The notes beneath the pieces are model-generated. The model made no database searches and was not told where the DNA came from. It was given only the letters and a program-made list of their open reading frames with translations. DNA of 64,000 nt, taken from Candidatus Omnitrophota bacterium (GTDB lineage Bacteria > Omnitrophota > Gorgyraeia > JABMRN01 > RBG-13-46-9). A program made the position numbers and the translations under genes. This document shows positions 34,632 through 45,146 of this stretch, piece by piece. The first letter of the stretch is position 1, and every line of letters starts with the position of its first letter. Location: NCBI GenBank assembly GCA_030605095.1, contig JAUWBJ010000002.1, positions 2,355 through 66,354 on the forward strand. Reading direction: 5' to 3'.

Positions 34632-36353
34632 TTAAAACCTTAACACCAGATTAAGCAAACCGCCGACTACTATCCCCACGCTAATCATTATAGCGGCCGA
34701 TTTCAGCATATCCTTTATGCCTAATTCCCGAATCAAAACAGCAAAAGTCGCTATGCAGGGAAAATATATAGCTAAAACCGTGCTTCCTATCACCAGTTGC
34801 TTCGTAGTCAAATTAAGCGGTCCCAGCATGCCGATAGCGACATCCTTCCTTAAAAAACCGACTATCAAAGCAGCGATGGCCTCTTTCGGAAGGCCCCATA
34901 CGTTTCGCAGGAGCGGCGAAAAAATCTTTGAAAGAGCGTCTATAACATGCAACACGTATAAAATATTGACAAAGAGAATTCCGAGAAGGACATACGGCAC
35001 CGCTTCCTTCAGGAAACTTAAAATGCGCATCCAGAGTTTCTTAAAGACAGCCAAAAGTTGCGGAATTCTATAAGGCGGCATCTCGACTAAAATCTCAGGG
35101 CTTTTCCCCTTCATTACTTTATTCAGTATTATGCCTTTAATGATCAAGAGGATAAATAATGTCAGAAATATAAGCACCACGTACGCCCCTCCTCTTTGAC
35201 CGACCAGGCCGACAATCATCGCAATCTGCGCCATGCATGGTATGGCGATTGCCATAAGGGTCGCGGCGATAAACTTTTCGCGCTTTTCCTCCAGAATCCG
35301 TATGGCCAGAACGCCGGGGACATTACAGCCCAATCCTAAAATCATGGGAATAATGGCGTATCCGTGTAGCCCCAAACGGTGCATAAAATTATCCGTCAAA
35401 ACCGCAAGCCGCGGAAGATAGCCAAAATCCTCCATGACACCCAATACGAAATAAAAGCTAATAATATAAGGTAATACCATAGCGAAGGGAACGTAAAGGC
35501 CCGTCGTAAAAAGCCCGAAGGTCTGGGAGTAGTCCAGTTCTCCTTCGATAAGTTTTCCTATAATAATATCGTGTAAAAATCCGCCCGCGCCTAAAAATGC
35601 CGATAATTTCATAATGAGGGGCGTCCATATTCTCTCAAAAAATGGATCGGCTAAATATGTAATAAGGTTTTCCGCCACGAAACGGATTACCCAGAACGCG
35701 CAAAGCACAACAAGAGCGGCAATCGGAATTCCCGTAACAGGCCTTATGCTCAAATCTTCCAGTCTTTCCAAAAAGGTATGGTGCCGATGGTGTAGCTTTT
35801 GAACATCCTCGATTATTTTTCCTATGTGCTTCCACCTTTCTTCGTCTTTAAGCGGGTTTATCTTTTTTGCCTTTGCTTTCGGGATATGCTCGACTAATTC
35901 TTTTATTCCTTCCCCTGTCAATCCACATGTCGGAATTACGGGAATGCCCAGGGCTTTCTCTAACTTTTTTACGTCTATCTCTATGCCTTTATGTTTTGTG
36001 TCATCCCACATATTAAGCGCTACTATAACGGGTATATCCTGTTCCAGCAATTCTAACGTAAGATAAAGATTTCTCTCCAGATTCGTAGCGTCCACAATAT
36101 TTATAACAAGATCCCCGTCTTTTATCATCCGGACAGCCACTTCTTCTGCCCTGGAGGTGGGGTGCAGGGTATATGTTCCGGGAACATCTATAATAGCGGG
36201 CCGGGAACTATCTATTTTAGTGTACCCTTGAGTAAATTCGACGGTTGTGCCGGGATAATTCGAAATAACCACCTTCGCGCCGGTAAGCCTCGAGAAAATA
36301 GCGCTCTTCCCGACGTTGGGATTTCCCATTAGTAAAATTTTATTTATCTTCAC
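34632..36353 (-). CDS. feoB: Ferrous iron transporter B
   Basis: GNPNVGKS, NYPGTTV, DVPG, GLGCNVP, YFPCIAT. Confidence 0.95.
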   Translation of the reverse strand: MKINKILLMGNPNVGKSAIFSRLTGAKVVISNYPGTTVEFTQGYTKIDSSRPAIIDVPGTYTLHPTSRAEEVAVRMIKDGDLVINIVDATNLERNLYLTLELLEQDIPVIVALNMWDDTKHKGIEIDVKKLEKALGIPVIPTCGLTGEGIKELVEHIPKAKAKKINPLKDEERWKHIGKIIEDVQKLHHRHHTFLERLEDLSIRPVTGIPIAALVVLCAFWVIRFVAENLITYLADPFFERIWTPLIMKLSAFLGAGGFLHDIIIGKLIEGELDYSQTFGLFTTGLYVPFAMVLPYIISFYFVLGVMEDFGYLPRLAVLTDNFMHRLGLHGYAIIPMILGLGCNVPGVLAIRILEEKREKFIAATLMAIAIPCMAQIAMIVGLVGQRGGAYVVLIFLTLFILLIIKGIILNKVMKGKSPEILVEMPPYRIPQLLAVFKKLWMRILSFLKEAVPYVLLGILFVNILYVLHVIDALSKIFSPLLRNVWGLPKEAIAALIVGFLRKDVAIGMLGPLNLTTKQLVIGSTVLAIYFPCIATFAVLIRELGIKDMLKSAAIMISVGIVVGGLLNLVLRF

Positions 36354-36585
36354 TTCTTTCTACCTCGACGAAAATCTTCGCCGCCATGCCAAAACCGATC
36401 GCGACCTTAAAATTATCCACTAACACGGTCTGGGGACCCCGCCAGAAACGGGCTCCCACCTTTTTTACTCTCTTTCCTATCCTTACCCCCATGCTCTGGA
36501 TTCTTCTTGTTGCGCCAAAACCCCCGTCGATCTTCATAACAATACCGGTCTCGCCGGGTTCCATATCTACTAAACTTATTAGCAT
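36340..36585 (-). CDS. feoA: FeoA
   Basis: SH3-like, RRIQSMGV, VAIGFGMAAKIFV; upstream of feoB. Confidence 0.9.
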   Translation of the reverse strand: MLISLVDMEPGETGIVMKIDGGFGATRRIQSMGVRIGKRVKKVGARFWRGPQTVLVDNFKVAIGFGMAAKIFVEVERSEDK

Positions 36586-36586
36586 A

Positions 36587-36796
36587 TTACCACCACTTAC
36601 CTCGTTTTTGATATGTTTTAATAAAACGTTCTATACTTCTATCATACGTTTTCTCTACATCGGAAGGAAAAAAGCACGCCGGAAACTGTCCGATTTTCCA
36701 GTGCGATGTTATACACTCACAACAAACGCCCTTCTTGCTGCAGGATTCGTACGTGCAAGTGCATCTTTTTAGATTTTGTTCCTTTTTACACTCCAT
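36587..36796 (-). CDS. Small Cys-rich protein (DUF6485-like)
   Basis: CTCTYESCSKKGVCCECI...PACFF...TYDRS. Confidence 0.8.
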   Translation of the reverse strand: MECKKEQNLKRCTCTYESCSKKGVCCECITSHWKIGQFPACFFPSDVEKTYDRSIERFIKTYQKRGKWW

Positions 36797-37733
36797 ATTT
36801 TTCTCCCTTTAACTCTTCCACATACATGCGCGCCGAAAATGCCGCAGTCGCGCCGTCGCCGCAAGCGGTAACTATCTGGCGCAAAAGTTTCTTCTTCGCG
36901 TCGCCGCAGGCAAAAATGCCTTTTTTCGATGTCTTCATGTTGCTATCCGTGATAACATGTCCATTCTTATCGAGCTTCAAGATGCCTTTCAGAAAATCGG
37001 TATTAGGTATATATCCAACCGATATAAATATGCCGTCGCATGGAATTTCTTTTTTCTCGCCGGTTTTTACGTTTTTTATCTTAACCGACTTTACTTTCTC
37101 ATCTCCCGAAATTGCGATTAAGGTAGAATTCCATATAAACTTTATTTTTTTATCCGCGAATGCTCTTTCCTGTAAAATCTTTGTTGCGCGCAAACGCTCG
37201 CGGCGGTGTATCAGCGTAACCTGCCGGCCGAATCTAGCCAAAAATAGCGCTTCTTCTACCGCTGCATCACCGCCTCCCGCAACAATTATGTCCTTATCTT
37301 TGAAAAATGCCGCGTCACATACCGCGCAATAAAAGACGCCTTTTCCCTGAAATTTTTCTTCGCCGGGAATGCCTAATTTTCTTGGGCTAGTGCCTACCGC
37401 AATAACTACTGATAGGGAAACGACGGATTCTCCGTCCAGCTTTATCTGATACGCTTTCTTGCCGCTTGATTTGGACTCTTTAATGCTTTTTACATCGTCT
37501 ATTCTAAATTCTGCTCCAAATTTTTCCGCTTGCTTTCTAAATCTATCCATCAGCTCAAATCCGTTTAATCCTTCCGGAAAGCCGGGATAATTTTCGATAT
37601 CGCTTGCCATAGCAGCCTGGCTTGCTATAGCGGCACTTTCTATCAATAAGGTCTTTAACCCTGCCCTCGAAGCATATATTGCCGCCGTAAGGCCGGCGGG
37701 GCCCGCGCCGATTATAACTACGTCGTATGTCAT
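36786..37733 (-). CDS. trxB: Thioredoxin reductase
   Basis: GAGPAG, ENYPGF, CAVCD, GGGDAAVEEA. Confidence 0.94.
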   Translation of the reverse strand: MTYDVVIIGAGPAGLTAAIYASRAGLKTLLIESAAIASQAAMASDIENYPGFPEGLNGFELMDRFRKQAEKFGAEFRIDDVKSIKESKSSGKKAYQIKLDGESVVSLSVVIAVGTSPRKLGIPGEEKFQGKGVFYCAVCDAAFFKDKDIIVAGGGDAAVEEALFLARFGRQVTLIHRRERLRATKILQERAFADKKIKFIWNSTLIAISGDEKVKSVKIKNVKTGEKKEIPCDGIFISVGYIPNTDFLKGILKLDKNGHVITDSNMKTSKKGIFACGDAKKKLLRQIVTACGDGATAAFSARMYVEELKGEKYGV

Positions 37734-38509
37734 ATTTTTCCTCTTCTTTTTAGCGTATCTTTTTCGCTTATGGCTTTTACCTTTTTTCTTCTGGCTTCGT
37801 AAATACTGACATACTTGGTATCTTTAAAAAATTTCTTTATTTTATCTAACTCTTTTCTTGGCAGGGGTTTTACCCCGCACGGCCTTAAAGGTGTGTTAAT
37901 CTGAATTTCGTCGGGTTTAAGCCTGCGGGCAAGATGAGCTATTTCTCCCGCGTAATCTTTATTTTCCTTTACGAACATTATCTGTAACGCGAATTTTCCT
38001 TTATACCGTGCCTTGAATTCTTTTAATCCTTTTAGAATATTATCAAATTTTATTGTTTTTACCGGTTTGTTAATCTTCGCGAAAAGCAGATGATTATGCG
38101 CGTCGAGTTTCGCAATAACAAAATCCGCTAACAATAAATCCTTTTGAACATCCTTTTTATATATTATGGAAGAGTTCGTCAAGATTGCTATTTTCGCCTT
38201 CCTTATCTTTCTTATCTCTTTTATGATTTCGCCCAAATTTTTAGCCAGCGTAGGTTCCCCCGCACCTGAAAATGTAATGTAGTCGAGCTTAAGCGGTGGC
38301 AAGGTTTTTATCTCTTCTATAATTTTGCGGGTGGGAACGAATGTCTTTCTTTTGTCGGTTAAAATGCGGGTTTTACCGACCTGGCAGTATATGCAATCAA
38401 AAGAACATGTCTTGCCACGTCCCCTGAAAACAGGGTCTATCCCTAAAGACCTGCCTAACCTCCAGGAAGACACCGGCCCATAGATGTATTTAAATCTTCT
38501 CTTTACCAC
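37730..38509 (-). CDS. Radical SAM protein
   Basis: YGPVSSWRLGRSLGID, CSFDCIYC, SGAGEPTL. Confidence 0.88.
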   Translation of the reverse strand: MVKRRFKYIYGPVSSWRLGRSLGIDPVFRGRGKTCSFDCIYCQVGKTRILTDKRKTFVPTRKIIEEIKTLPPLKLDYITFSGAGEPTLAKNLGEIIKEIRKIRKAKIAILTNSSIIYKKDVQKDLLLADFVIAKLDAHNHLLFAKINKPVKTIKFDNILKGLKEFKARYKGKFALQIMFVKENKDYAGEIAHLARRLKPDEIQINTPLRPCGVKPLPRKELDKIKKFFKDTKYVSIYEARRKKVKAISEKDTLKRRGKI

Positions 38510-40360
38510 TTATTTTCTTAAAAAACGCTTTCTTTCCGCGAGGAGAATAATATCTCTCAATTCTTCGATATTGCGGGCATTCAACCAGCGTTTATCAAAG
38601 TCTCCTTGCTGTGCAATCTCAGCAATAGCAGCAAGCGCTCTAAGATGGAAATTGCGTTCGTCTTTAGTCCCGACTAAAACAAAAACTACGTGAACCCGGT
38701 CTTGAGTTTCAGGAAAGGCTATTCCTTCTTTGCACCGCGCTAAGAGAATTCCGAATTTGCGTCCTCCTTCGATAATAATATGCGGTATCGCAAGACCCGG
38801 ACGAATAACCGTACTTGTCTCTTTTTCCCGTTTCATCAACAGGTCAGATATAGTGCCGGAATCGGTATCGAGTTCTGTCGCTAAAAAACCTGACGCTTCT
38901 TTAAAAAACTCCTCCATAGTTAAAGGTTTTTCCAGGTCTAGTATTTTGCAACCGCCTATCAGCCGGTCAAACCTGTCTTCGACAATATCGTCTCTTTCTC
39001 TTAGAATTTCTTTTAATTCTGTCTCAAGGTAATTTGTCGTCAGTTCTTTGGCGGTAATCCGTTCTATAACATGTATGAGCGCAAATTCTCTTTTTACCCT
39101 CGGGCGTACATATATTCTGTACCACAAAAATGCCGTCAAGACGAAAATCGCTGTTATTGTATATGTCGTAACCCCCATCTCGAAAATCAAAAACATTCCC
39201 GATATGATGCCCGCTATCTGCATCCACGGATACAGGGGAGAGCGGAATTTTGGCTGGTAATTCTGAATTTTACTCTCGCGCATTATAATAACCGCTAAGT
39301 TAACAAATATATATAATAATATCAAAAGAGTGGAAGCAACTTTGACGAGAAGCATTAAGTCAAGAAAAATAATTCCTATTATCATAAACACACCGGTAAA
39401 AAGTATGGAATAGTGAGGCGTTCCGGATCGTTTATTTATTCGTTTTAAAAATGCCGGAAGAATTCTATCTCTCGCCATTGCTATCGGATAACGCGATGCT
39501 GCCATAATTCCCGCGTTTGCCGTGGAAATAAACGCCAGTATCGCCGCGATTGCCATAACTATATTTCCAAAAATTCCCATAAAAGCGTGCGCCCCGTCTG
39601 ATATAGGCGTCAGGGAATTGTGTAATTTATCCGGTTCCAGAACACCTGTTGTTATAAATACAACCAGGGCGTAAAAAATTCCCACTATAATCAGGGAAAG
39701 AATCATTCCGAGAGGTATGTTTCGGCCCGGATTCTTCACCTCTTCGGAAAGGCTTGCTATCTTAGTAAGTCCGCCGTAGGAAATAAAAATTAATCCAGCC
39801 GTAGCAAAAACAGCGCCCTTTCCAAAAGGCGTAAACGGAACAAATCTTGTTATATGGATAGAAGGGAAACCATGAAATATATAAAATAAAAGTACGCCAA
39901 AGAGGCCAAAAACAAGAAATCTTTGAAATAGCCCTGCCCCTCTAACGCCTTTAATATTTAATCCTACAAAAAAAAGACAAAGCAAAACCGCTACAATTTT
40001 TATCGGAACATTTATAATTAACGCCGCGTACGCGCCCATACCCACAAGCGCAAAAGCGCTTTTAAGGCTCAACGAAAACCAGCTTGCCACCCCACCTATG
40101 GTGCCGATAGAAGGCCCCATAGTTCTTGTTATGAAAAAGTAATCGCCGCCCGCTTTAGGCATGGCTGTAGCAAGTTCGGCTTTGCTCAAGAGGGCGGGAA
40201 GCGCCAAAAGGCTCGCGATAATATAGGAAAGAAAAAGCGAAGGTCCTGTCTTGGCTGAAGCGATGCCCGGCAAAATAAAAAGGCCTGAGCTTATCATCGC
40301 TCCGGACGCTACGCAAAAAATATCCAGAAGGCCGAGTTCTCTTTTTAGCTTCTGTTTCAC
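38510..40360 (-). CDS. APC amino-acid permease fused to a PTS EIIA domain
   Basis: GAMISSGLF, EEVKNPGRNIP; C-terminal REKETST...LAIPH. Confidence 0.88.
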   Translation of the reverse strand: MKQKLKRELGLLDIFCVASGAMISSGLFILPGIASAKTGPSLFLSYIIASLLALPALLSKAELATAMPKAGGDYFFITRTMGPSIGTIGGVASWFSLSLKSAFALVGMGAYAALIINVPIKIVAVLLCLFFVGLNIKGVRGAGLFQRFLVFGLFGVLLFYIFHGFPSIHITRFVPFTPFGKGAVFATAGLIFISYGGLTKIASLSEEVKNPGRNIPLGMILSLIIVGIFYALVVFITTGVLEPDKLHNSLTPISDGAHAFMGIFGNIVMAIAAILAFISTANAGIMAASRYPIAMARDRILPAFLKRINKRSGTPHYSILFTGVFMIIGIIFLDLMLLVKVASTLLILLYIFVNLAVIIMRESKIQNYQPKFRSPLYPWMQIAGIISGMFLIFEMGVTTYTITAIFVLTAFLWYRIYVRPRVKREFALIHVIERITAKELTTNYLETELKEILRERDDIVEDRFDRLIGGCKILDLEKPLTMEEFFKEASGFLATELDTDSGTISDLLMKREKETSTVIRPGLAIPHIIIEGGRKFGILLARCKEGIAFPETQDRVHVVFVLVGTKDERNFHLRALAAIAEIAQQGDFDKRWLNARNIEELRDIILLAERKRFLRK

Positions 40361-40382
40361 GCTTACATTCTCTTAGGGAAAG

Positions 40383-41303
40383 TTAGTGCAATATAAAATC
40401 CAGTATGGCCGCCGCCCCATAGACCTTGTTTTCGGTCTGCTGCCAGATAATAGATTGAGGCCCTTCGATAACATCCTCTGTAATCTCCAATCCCTTATAG
40501 GCAGGCAGGCAATGCATGACAGAGGCTTCCTTTTTGGCGAGCTTCAAAATACCGGCGTTTATCTGGTACTCTTTAAATACCTTAAGCCTTTCCTCTCTTT
40601 CTTTTTCCTGGCCCATGCTGACCCAAACATCCGTATAAAGGATATCGGCATCTCTCGCGGCATCTCCGGGATTTTCGACAATTTTAAGCTTTGCTTTTGT
40701 CTTTTTCGCAATTTGTTCCGCGTTCTTGAAGATGTCCTCATTCGGATGATATCCTCCGGGGCACGCTGCCGTCATATTCATACCTGTCATAGCCGCGCCC
40801 ATGAATAGCGAACAGCATATATTGTTTCCGTCTCCGATATACGCCAGAGTCAGCCCTTTAAGTTCCTGTTTGATTTCCAGAATAGTGAAGAAGTCGCATA
40901 TTATCTGCGTCGGATGCGTAAGATCGGAAAGGCCGTTAATTACGGGAACGCCCGCATACCTGGCAAGTTCTTTGACGGTCTTATGACTATAGACCCTGGC
41001 AACAAGCACATCCAGGTAGCTGCCCAGTGTTTGCGCGATGTCTTTTATTGACTCTCCGCGGCTCTGCTGCAATTCGCCTGACGGAAGATAGACCGTTTTC
41101 CCCCCAAGTCTTGCAGCTGCCGTCTCAAAGCTTACTCGCGTCCTTGTGGAAGGCTTTTCAAAAAAGAGCCCCACCACTCTTCCCTGGAGCGTATTTATCA
41201 CCTTGTGCTCTTTTATTTTCGCTTTAAATGTCTTCGCCTTCTTAAAGATTTGATGTAGCTCCTTCGGCGATATGTCATTTAAAGTCAGAAGCGACTTAGC
41301 CAT
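40383..41303 (-). CDS. argF: Ornithine carbamoyltransferase
   Basis: STRTR, HPTQ, DVWVSMG, HCLP. Confidence 0.93.
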   Translation of the reverse strand: MAKSLLTLNDISPKELHQIFKKAKTFKAKIKEHKVINTLQGRVVGLFFEKPSTRTRVSFETAAARLGGKTVYLPSGELQQSRGESIKDIAQTLGSYLDVLVARVYSHKTVKELARYAGVPVINGLSDLTHPTQIICDFFTILEIKQELKGLTLAYIGDGNNICCSLFMGAAMTGMNMTAACPGGYHPNEDIFKNAEQIAKKTKAKLKIVENPGDAARDADILYTDVWVSMGQEKEREERLKVFKEYQINAGILKLAKKEASVMHCLPAYKGLEITEDVIEGPQSIIWQQTENKVYGAAAILDFILH

Positions 41304-41399
41304 TGTTATGTCTCCTCATGCCCCATTCAATACATCGTGGGTGGGGCAAAAAACATCTTACCTAACAAATAGGTAAAAGTCAAGTTTGTATTCTTGCGG

Positions 41400-42122
41400 T
41401 CAACGCGCCTCGTTCTCTAATTTCGCGTGCACGATGTCTCTCAGGCGGGCAAAATCGCCGGGTTGGAATTCTGTCGTATCGACTGGGGGGAGTACCTTCA
41501 GTTTGCCGCATACCTTGGTTTTAAAAATCCAGCTTCCTTTAGGAATAGCATTTCTTGTGCCCGTTATGGATACGGGGAGAATGGGTTTCTTCTCCTTTAT
41601 GGCGAGCTTAAACGCTCCGTTCTGGAACTCGTTCATTTCGTCTGTGTCGCTGCGGGTGCCTTCCGGGAAGAATAACACGGAAATATCCTTTCTAAGCCAA
41701 TCGCCGGCTTCCCGATATATCTTCTTAATGCTTCCGAATTGCCCCCGCGTAAGCTTAATGTGTTTGGTAAGCGAGAGGCACCACCCTACGAAGGGTACTT
41801 TAAAGAGGCTCTCTTTCGCTATCCATTTGAATTGCATACGGGTTTTATACATCACGGCAATGTCGCCCAGGCTCTGGTGGTTGGCGGTTATCACGTATGC
41901 CTGGCGCGGGTTTATATTCTCCAGTCCGCTTACTCGGATATCCCAGTAAGGATTTAAGCCGATAATGGCGTTTGCCCACCAGAAGCACTGCGCGTGAATG
42001 ATTCTTCTTTTCTTGTCAAAGGGAAAAAGGACTATCGTTAAAAATAGTTCCACAAAAAAAAGAAGAATCGTCAAAGCCGAAGCGACTATCCATACAGCTA
42101 TCGATAGTACAATTGAGCCCAT
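41400..42122 (-). CDS. plsC: 1-acyl-sn-glycerol-3-phosphate acyltransferase
   Basis: NHQSLGD, FFPEGTRS. Confidence 0.85.
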   Translation of the reverse strand: MGSIVLSIAVWIVASALTILLFFVELFLTIVLFPFDKKRRIIHAQCFWWANAIIGLNPYWDIRVSGLENINPRQAYVITANHQSLGDIAVMYKTRMQFKWIAKESLFKVPFVGWCLSLTKHIKLTRGQFGSIKKIYREAGDWLRKDISVLFFPEGTRSDTDEMNEFQNGAFKLAIKEKKPILPVSITGTRNAIPKGSWIFKTKVCGKLKVLPPVDTTEFQPGDFARLRDIVHAKLENEAR

Positions 42123-42130
42123 TAAAAATT

Positions 42131-42367
42131 CTACTCCATGTGATTCAGCGCTTCCTGGATTAAGGGAAGAATGGATTCTGCCTCTTGCTTCGTTACCCTT
42201 CCTAACTTGGCAAACATGAAACCGCCTTCTGCGTCCCTATTTTCTCTTGAGATTTGCAGTTTTTTGGCCCCTTTATTATAGGCATAGACACTTACGGTCA
42301 TTCGCCCTGATTCACTTTCCTGGGATTTTGAAAACAGACATTCGTCTAAGCTGCTGTTATACGGCAT
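42131..42367 (-). CDS. Small hypothetical protein
   Basis: GGAGG SD; VSVYAYNKGAKKLQISREN...FAKLGR. Confidence 0.7.
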   Translation of the reverse strand: MPYNSSLDECLFSKSQESESGRMTVSVYAYNKGAKKLQISRENRDAEGGFMFAKLGRVTKQEAESILPLIQEALNHME

Positions 42368-42388
42368 ACTTAACCTCCTTTTTTCATT

Positions 42389-43420
42389 TTAGAATCTTTT
42401 ATACGGTTCAACAATTACCTTAACGCATCTTTTAGCTTCCGCGACAAGCCCGAAACCGCGACCTGTATCTTTCAAACTTAACCTGTGTGTAATCATTTTG
42501 CGCACAGGTATGGATCTCGAGCGGATTAATTCTATGGCCTCTACGGCATCCGACGGGCTATTGGCGTACGAGGTCATCAATTTCATTTCGCTACGCCAGA
42601 ACTTGTTGACAGGCACGGGAAGCTCGACATCCGGGTCTGTAGCGGCAAAGAATAAAATAGTGCCTCCGCGTTCTGCGCATTGAAGCGCCTGTTTAAAAGC
42701 CGGAAAAGCGCCTGTACACACTATTACAACATCGGCAAGCCTGTTATCGTTCATTTCGCGAAAGTTTCCGGGAACGTCTTCGTCGGCATGTATAACCGCA
42801 TCCGCGCCCAATCGCTGCGCGATTTTCAGGCGATATTCGTTAATATCGGTTGTGATTACCCGCTGAGCTCCCTTAACTCGGGCAAGCAAAAGGTGTAACA
42901 ATCCTGAAATGCCGCTGCCAAGAATAAGTACGCTCTGGCCTTTTTTTATTCCGGCGAGTCTCTGCCCGCGAATGACGCATGCCAGTGGTTCAATAAACGT
43001 TCCCTCTTCAAACGAAATTTCTCCGGGTAAAAGAAATACCCCGCGTTCAACGTTTATTTTCGGCACGCGTATATATTCGGCAAATCCACCGGGGAAATAG
43101 TTTGTGGTATGTAAGGTTTCGCAGGCTGTGTGGTGTCCCGCCAGGCAAAAGTGGCACGTATTGCAGGGCACGTGATGGGAGACGAAAACCCTGTCGCCTA
43201 CCTTGTAGCCTTTCACGTCGTCTCCTATCTCGGCGATTTCTCCGGTTATTTCATGTCCGAGAACAAGAGGCGCCTTTTTAACGCGGTACCATTCCAGAAC
43301 ATCCGTGCCACAGATGCCGCCGGCCAGTACTTTTACGAGGAGCTCTCCCGGGCCGATTTTCGGCGCTGGCATCTCCTCCAGCCGCACATCGCTGTTATTG
43401 TAATACATCGCTACACGCAC
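42389..43420 (-). CDS. Zinc-dependent (MDR) sugar/alcohol dehydrogenase
   Basis: GICGTD, GHE, CNTCHFC...C, GSGISG. Confidence 0.9.
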   Translation of the reverse strand: MRVAMYYNNSDVRLEEMPAPKIGPGELLVKVLAGGICGTDVLEWYRVKKAPLVLGHEITGEIAEIGDDVKGYKVGDRVFVSHHVPCNTCHFCLAGHHTACETLHTTNYFPGGFAEYIRVPKINVERGVFLLPGEISFEEGTFIEPLACVIRGQRLAGIKKGQSVLILGSGISGLLHLLLARVKGAQRVITTDINEYRLKIAQRLGADAVIHADEDVPGNFREMNDNRLADVVIVCTGAFPAFKQALQCAERGGTILFFAATDPDVELPVPVNKFWRSEMKLMTSYANSPSDAVEAIELIRSRSIPVRKMITHRLSLKDTGRGFGLVAEAKRCVKVIVEPYKRF

Positions 43421-44208
43421 GCTATTTCCTTAAATAACTCATGAGCCTGTCCGGCAGTAGCGTTTTCATGGATAATGGCACGTAGAGCCCGAGCTATGGC
43501 TACAGGATGGGCGTCCTGCCAGACATTCCTTCCCAGATTTATGCCGATAGCCCCTTTTTGCATGCCGTCATAGACAAATTCTAATACTTCAAGTTCTGTT
43601 TTGCATTTGGGCCCGCCTGCCATAACCACCGGAACAGGGCATCCCTTCACAACCTTATCAAAGTCTTTCTCGCACCAGTAAGTCTTTACTACCCGCGCGC
43701 CGAGTTCGGCAGCGATACGACAGCTTAAGGCAAGATAGCGGCTGTCCCGGCTTCCCAGTTCCTTACCTACTGCCGTAACGGCCATTACAGGAATACCGTA
43801 GTTCTCGCATTTATTGACAAGCCGGGCAAGATTGAGTAGCGTCTCACGCTCATAATTACTGCCTACAAAGATAGAAATTCCGACAGCAGCGGCATTAAGG
43901 CGAATGATTTCCTCTATAGAAGTGGTAATGCTTTCGTTTGCCAGGTCTTTCCCGATCACGCTTGTGCCGCCGGACACCCTCAATATTATAGGTTTATTGT
44001 CGGCGGGATCCACGCATGAGCGCAATACCCCTCTCGTAACAAAAATGGCATCGACAAAGTCAAGAAGCGGTTTGATGGTTTCGCCAGGTTTTTCTAAACA
44101 GCGCGTTGGCCCCTGAAAATACCCATGGTCTATGGGCAAAAAGAAACAATGCCCGTCAGGTTGAATAAGCCGGTTCAGCCGATTTTTAATTCCCCAGTCC
44201 ATTTTCAT
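43411..44208 (-). CDS. lsrF: LsrF-like class I aldolase/thiolase
   Basis: MDWGIKNRL, DHGYFQGPT, AELGARVVKTY, AGGPK, GRN. Confidence 0.85.
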   Translation of the reverse strand: MKMDWGIKNRLNRLIQPDGHCFFLPIDHGYFQGPTRCLEKPGETIKPLLDFVDAIFVTRGVLRSCVDPADNKPIILRVSGGTSVIGKDLANESITTSIEEIIRLNAAAVGISIFVGSNYERETLLNLARLVNKCENYGIPVMAVTAVGKELGSRDSRYLALSCRIAAELGARVVKTYWCEKDFDKVVKGCPVPVVMAGGPKCKTELEVLEFVYDGMQKGAIGINLGRNVWQDAHPVAIARALRAIIHENATAGQAHELFKEIACV

Positions 44209-44333
44209 ACCTCCCTGCCTGCCGGTAGGCAGGCTCTTACTATTAATGTTTATTTGACAATATATTATGATATGCGTCTTTTGTCAAGGAATTAAAGATT
44301 TTTGGCTAAAAATTCCCCTTTATAAGAAAGCTC

Positions 44334-44362
44334 TTGACATTTTCCGGGAAATATGCTATTCT
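44334..44362 (+). promoter_or_regulatory. Sigma70-type promoter for rpsU-RRM
   Basis: TTGACA-17 bp-TATTCT with extended TG. Confidence 0.7.
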
Positions 44363-44542
44363 TACCCTCAAGATAGTGAGGTTATTGCTATTTTTGATGT
44401 TTGATTTTGTGAAAATTGTGAGTAGTTAAGCTAACCGCATGTTGGCCTCAGACAGTTGCATACCATTCATAAAGCTCGCAAGTAAGCAATTCATAATTCA
44501 TTTGTATAACCCCTTAAAGCAGTACCGCACAAGGAAGATGTT

Positions 44543-44704
44543 ATGGCAAAGATAGATATATACAATGAAAGGGATTTTGAAAGGTCGTTAAAGCGTTTTA
44601 AAATGCGCTGTTTAAAAGAAGGTATTTTTAGAGAGTGCCGCGAAAGGCGCCATTTTGTCAAACCATCACAAAAAAGGAGGGAAAAAGGAAAAAGAAAGAA
44701 ATAA
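44543..44704 (+). CDS. rpsU: 30S ribosomal protein S21, 53 aa (not in ORF track)
   Basis: FERSLKRFK...EGIFRECRERRHFVKPSQKRR. Confidence 0.9.
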   Translation: MAKIDIYNERDFERSLKRFKMRCLKEGIFRECRERRHFVKPSQKRREKGKRKK

Positions 44705-44759
44705 GCGTAGAATTGTTGTTTTTAAAGAGATAATGTGAATCAAGAAGGAGAATAAAAGA

Positions 44760-45074
44760 ATGGACGTAAGTAAACTTTATATAGGCAACCTGGATTTTAA
44801 TACAACCGAAGACGAGATCAAGAGTCATTTCGAGCAAAAAGGGATACAGACCAAATCAATAACCCTGATAAAGGATAAATATACGGGTAGAGCAAAAGGT
44901 TTTGGTTTTGTTGAAGTTGAATCCGAAGACGTGCTCCAGAAAGCGATTGAGGCCCTGGATGGCCAAGAGCTTAACGGACGCAAGCTAACCGTAAACAAAG
45001 CAAGGCCACCGAGAGAAAGATCCGGCGGATCAGGCTTTGGCGGCGGCGGCGGCGGAAGACACTCAAGATTCTAA
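44760..45074 (+). CDS. RRM RNA-binding protein
   Basis: RNP2 LYIGNL, RNP1 KGFGFVE, Gly-rich tail. Confidence 0.95.
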   Translation: MDVSKLYIGNLDFNTTEDEIKSHFEQKGIQTKSITLIKDKYTGRAKGFGFVEVESEDVLQKAIEALDGQELNGRKLTVNKARPPRERSGGSGFGGGGGGRHSRF

Positions 45075-45082
45075 CGCATAAA

Positions 45083-45108
45083 ATAGCCGAGGTTTAAACC
45101 TCGGCTAT
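45083..45108. repeat. Perfect palindrome with GAGGTTTAAACCTC core
   Basis: Same core as 57071-57094. Confidence 0.7.
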
Positions 45109-45114
45109 AATAAT

Positions 45115-45146
45115 AAAAAAGGTGGGTGAAATACCCGCCTTTTTTA
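45115..45146. terminator. Bidirectional intrinsic terminator
   Basis: AAAAAAGGTGGGT-GAAAT-ACCCGCCTTTTTT between convergent genes. Confidence 0.75.
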
